From an uncultured Actinomycetes bacterium (GTDB lineage: Bacteria; Actinomycetota; UBA4738; HRBIN12), in contig OY969934.1 in the NCBI GenBank assembly GCA_963704725.1, forward strand, positions 2,976,001 through 3,040,000: 64,000 nt of DNA. Direction: 5' to 3'. This document shows, one piece after another, positions 62,355 through 64,000 of this stretch (positions are counted from its first letter, which is position 1; each line of letters starts with the position of its first letter). The position numbers and the translations under genes are program-made. The notes beneath the pieces are model-generated. The model did not search any database. It was not told the DNA's origin and saw nothing but the letters and a program-made list of their open reading frames with translations.

Positions 62355-64000
62355 ATGACCCGCTTCCAGAAGCTCGCGATCGCGACGACGACGGCGACCG
62401 TCCTTCTCGTCGCGGTGGGGGGACTCGTCCGGGCCACGGGCTCGGGCCTGGGCTGCCCCGGATGGCCCACCTGCTTCGGCCGGCTGATCCCACCCCTCCG
62501 CTACCACGCGATCATCGAGTACAGCCATCGGCTGCTCGCGACGATCACGGTGGTGCTCGTCTGCATCCAGGCGCTCCTCGCCTGGCGCCGGCACCGCCGC
62601 GAGCCGCGCATCCTGCGTCCGGCGCTCGCCGCCGTGGCGCTCGTGGTGTTCCAGGCGGCGCTCGGCGGCGTCGTCGTGGAGGGCGGGCTCGAGGCGACGG
62701 TGGTGGCCCTGCACTTCGCGACCGCGATGACCCTGCTCGGCGTGCTGGTGTACCTCACGACGACCGCGTTCGGCGCGGCGGGGGAACCGGCGGTGCGCCG
62801 CGCGACGGACGGCTCCGGCCCGTCGTTCGCGCGCCTGTCCCTCGGCACGGCCGCGGCGGCCGGGGTCCTGCTGGTCGTCGGCGCCTACGTCCGGGCCGAG
62901 GGCGCGGGGCTCGCGTTCCGGGACTGGCCGCTCATGGACGGCCGCCTCGTGCCCACCCTCGGCGGCAGCGCCACCCTGATGTTCCTCCACCGCGTCCTGG
63001 CCGCCGCGGTGACCGTTCTGGTGGTCTGGCTGGCCATCCGCGCCAGGACGATGGCGGAGCGGTCGAGGGTCCTGGTGGTCCTGTCGACGACGGCCCTCGC
63101 GCTGTTCGTGGCCCAGGTCCTCGTCGGGGCCGCGAACGTGTGGTCGAGTCTCTCGGCCGCCGCGGTGACGGCGCACGTGGCGGTCTCGGCGCTCGTCTGG
63201 GCCGTGCTCGTCGCGATCGCCACCGTCAGCCGGCGGTTCGCCGTCCCCGGCCGTCAGAATCCGGCCGATGGCGACGTCCGGAGCAACGGCAAGCGCGGGT
63301 CGCTGCGACAGACCACCGGCGCGTACTTCCAGCTCACGAAGCCCCGCGTGATCGAGCTCCTGCTCGTGACCACCGTACCGGCCATGGTGCTGGCGGCCCG
63401 GGCGATGCCGTCGGCGTGGTTGATCCTGGCGACGCTGCTCGGCGGTGCGCTCGCCGCGGGATCGGCCAACGCGATCAACTGCTATCTCGACCGCGACATC
63501 GACGAGGTCATGCGCCGGACCCGGCGGCGCCCCATCCCCACCCACGCCGTCGACCCCGACCGCGCGCTCGCCTTCGGCTACGTCCTCGGCGCCATCTCCT
63601 TCTTCTTCCTGGCGATCGCGGTGAACGTGATGGCGGCGAGCCTCGCGCTTTCGGCGATCGCCTTCTACGTCTTCGTGTACACGATGTGGCTGAAGCGCAC
63701 CAGCGAGCAGAACATCGTGATCGGCGGGGCCGCCGGCGCCGTCCCCGTGCTCGTGGGGTGGGCCGCGGTCACCGGGACCGTCGGCCTGCCGGCGTGGATC
63801 CTGTTCGCGATCGTCTTCGTGTGGACCCCGCCGCACTTCTGGGCCCTGGCGATGCGGTACCGGGGCGACTACGCGGCTGCAGGGATCCCCATGCTGCCCG
63901 TCGTCCGGGGTCCGGCGGAGACCCGGCGCCGGATCCTGCGGTACTCGCTGGTGCTGTTCGCGACCTCGCTCGCGCTGCTGCCGCTCGGCCACCTCGGGCC
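62355..64000 (+). CDS. heme A synthase (CtaA/COX15) fused to heme O synthase (CtaB/CyoE), 3' partial
   Basis: GSGLGCPGWPTC and EYSHR, then in the same frame LTKPRV, DRDIDEVMRRTRRRP, NIVIGG, WTPPHFWALA; no stop before the window end, so absent from the ORF track. Confidence 0.92.
   Translation, partial: MTRFQKLAIATTTATVLLVAVGGLVRATGSGLGCPGWPTCFGRLIPPLRYHAIIEYSHRLLATITVVLVCIQALLAWRRHRREPRILRPALAAVALVVFQAALGGVVVEGGLEATVVALHFATAMTLLGVLVYLTTTAFGAAGEPAVRRATDGSGPSFARLSLGTAAAAGVLLVVGAYVRAEGAGLAFRDWPLMDGRLVPTLGGSATLMFLHRVLAAAVTVLVVWLAIRARTMAERSRVLVVLSTTALALFVAQVLVGAANVWSSLSAAAVTAHVAVSALVWAVLVAIATVSRRFAVPGRQNPADGDVRSNGKRGSLRQTTGAYFQLTKPRVIELLLVTTVPAMVLAARAMPSAWLILATLLGGALAAGSANAINCYLDRDIDEVMRRTRRRPIPTHAVDPDRALAFGYVLGAISFFFLAIAVNVMAASLALSAIAFYVFVYTMWLKRTSEQNIVIGGAAGAVPVLVGWAAVTGTVGLPAWILFAIVFVWTPPHFWALAMRYRGDYAAAGIPMLPVVRGPAETRRRILRYSLVLFATSLALLPLGHLG

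Overview
High-GC chromosomal window, most likely from an Actinomycetota. The evidence is Rex and LexA boxes of Gram-positive type, many apparently leaderless genes, and an actinobacterial menJ-nuo-hepT-nuo2-htpX...yajQ-tRNA-Tyr layout. The left part (1-29.7 kb) is mostly accessory. It holds a divergent pair of operons (SGNH lipoprotein plus MacB/FtsX ABC, versus a 7-gene GT2/DUF2064/methyltransferase/membrane Mo-oxidoreductase/GT-C/epimerase operon whose methyltransferase carries a 1-bp frameshift), LexA-boxed dinB, feoB plus an 8-Cys-domain feoA, several envelope and transport genes, and a CIRCE-less groESL paralog. It ends in a decayed M24 peptidase fragment with att-arm-like repeats at the 3' end of tRNA-Tyr. 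The right part (29.7-64 kb) holds yajQ, an aminotransferase/decarboxylase/HAD trio, htpX, a 'headless' complex I-like operon (nuoABC-HIJKLMN, no D/E/F/G), a polyprenyl synthase, a complete nuoA-N operon preceded by a menJ-like reductase under tandem Rex operators, and a CtaA-CtaB fusion running off the edge. I saw no CRISPR, rRNA, integrase or transposase. The best candidate for an undescribed system is the 0.5-9.5 kb glycan-modification locus with mirrored regulator boxes. All family assignments come from motif recognition, not database searches.
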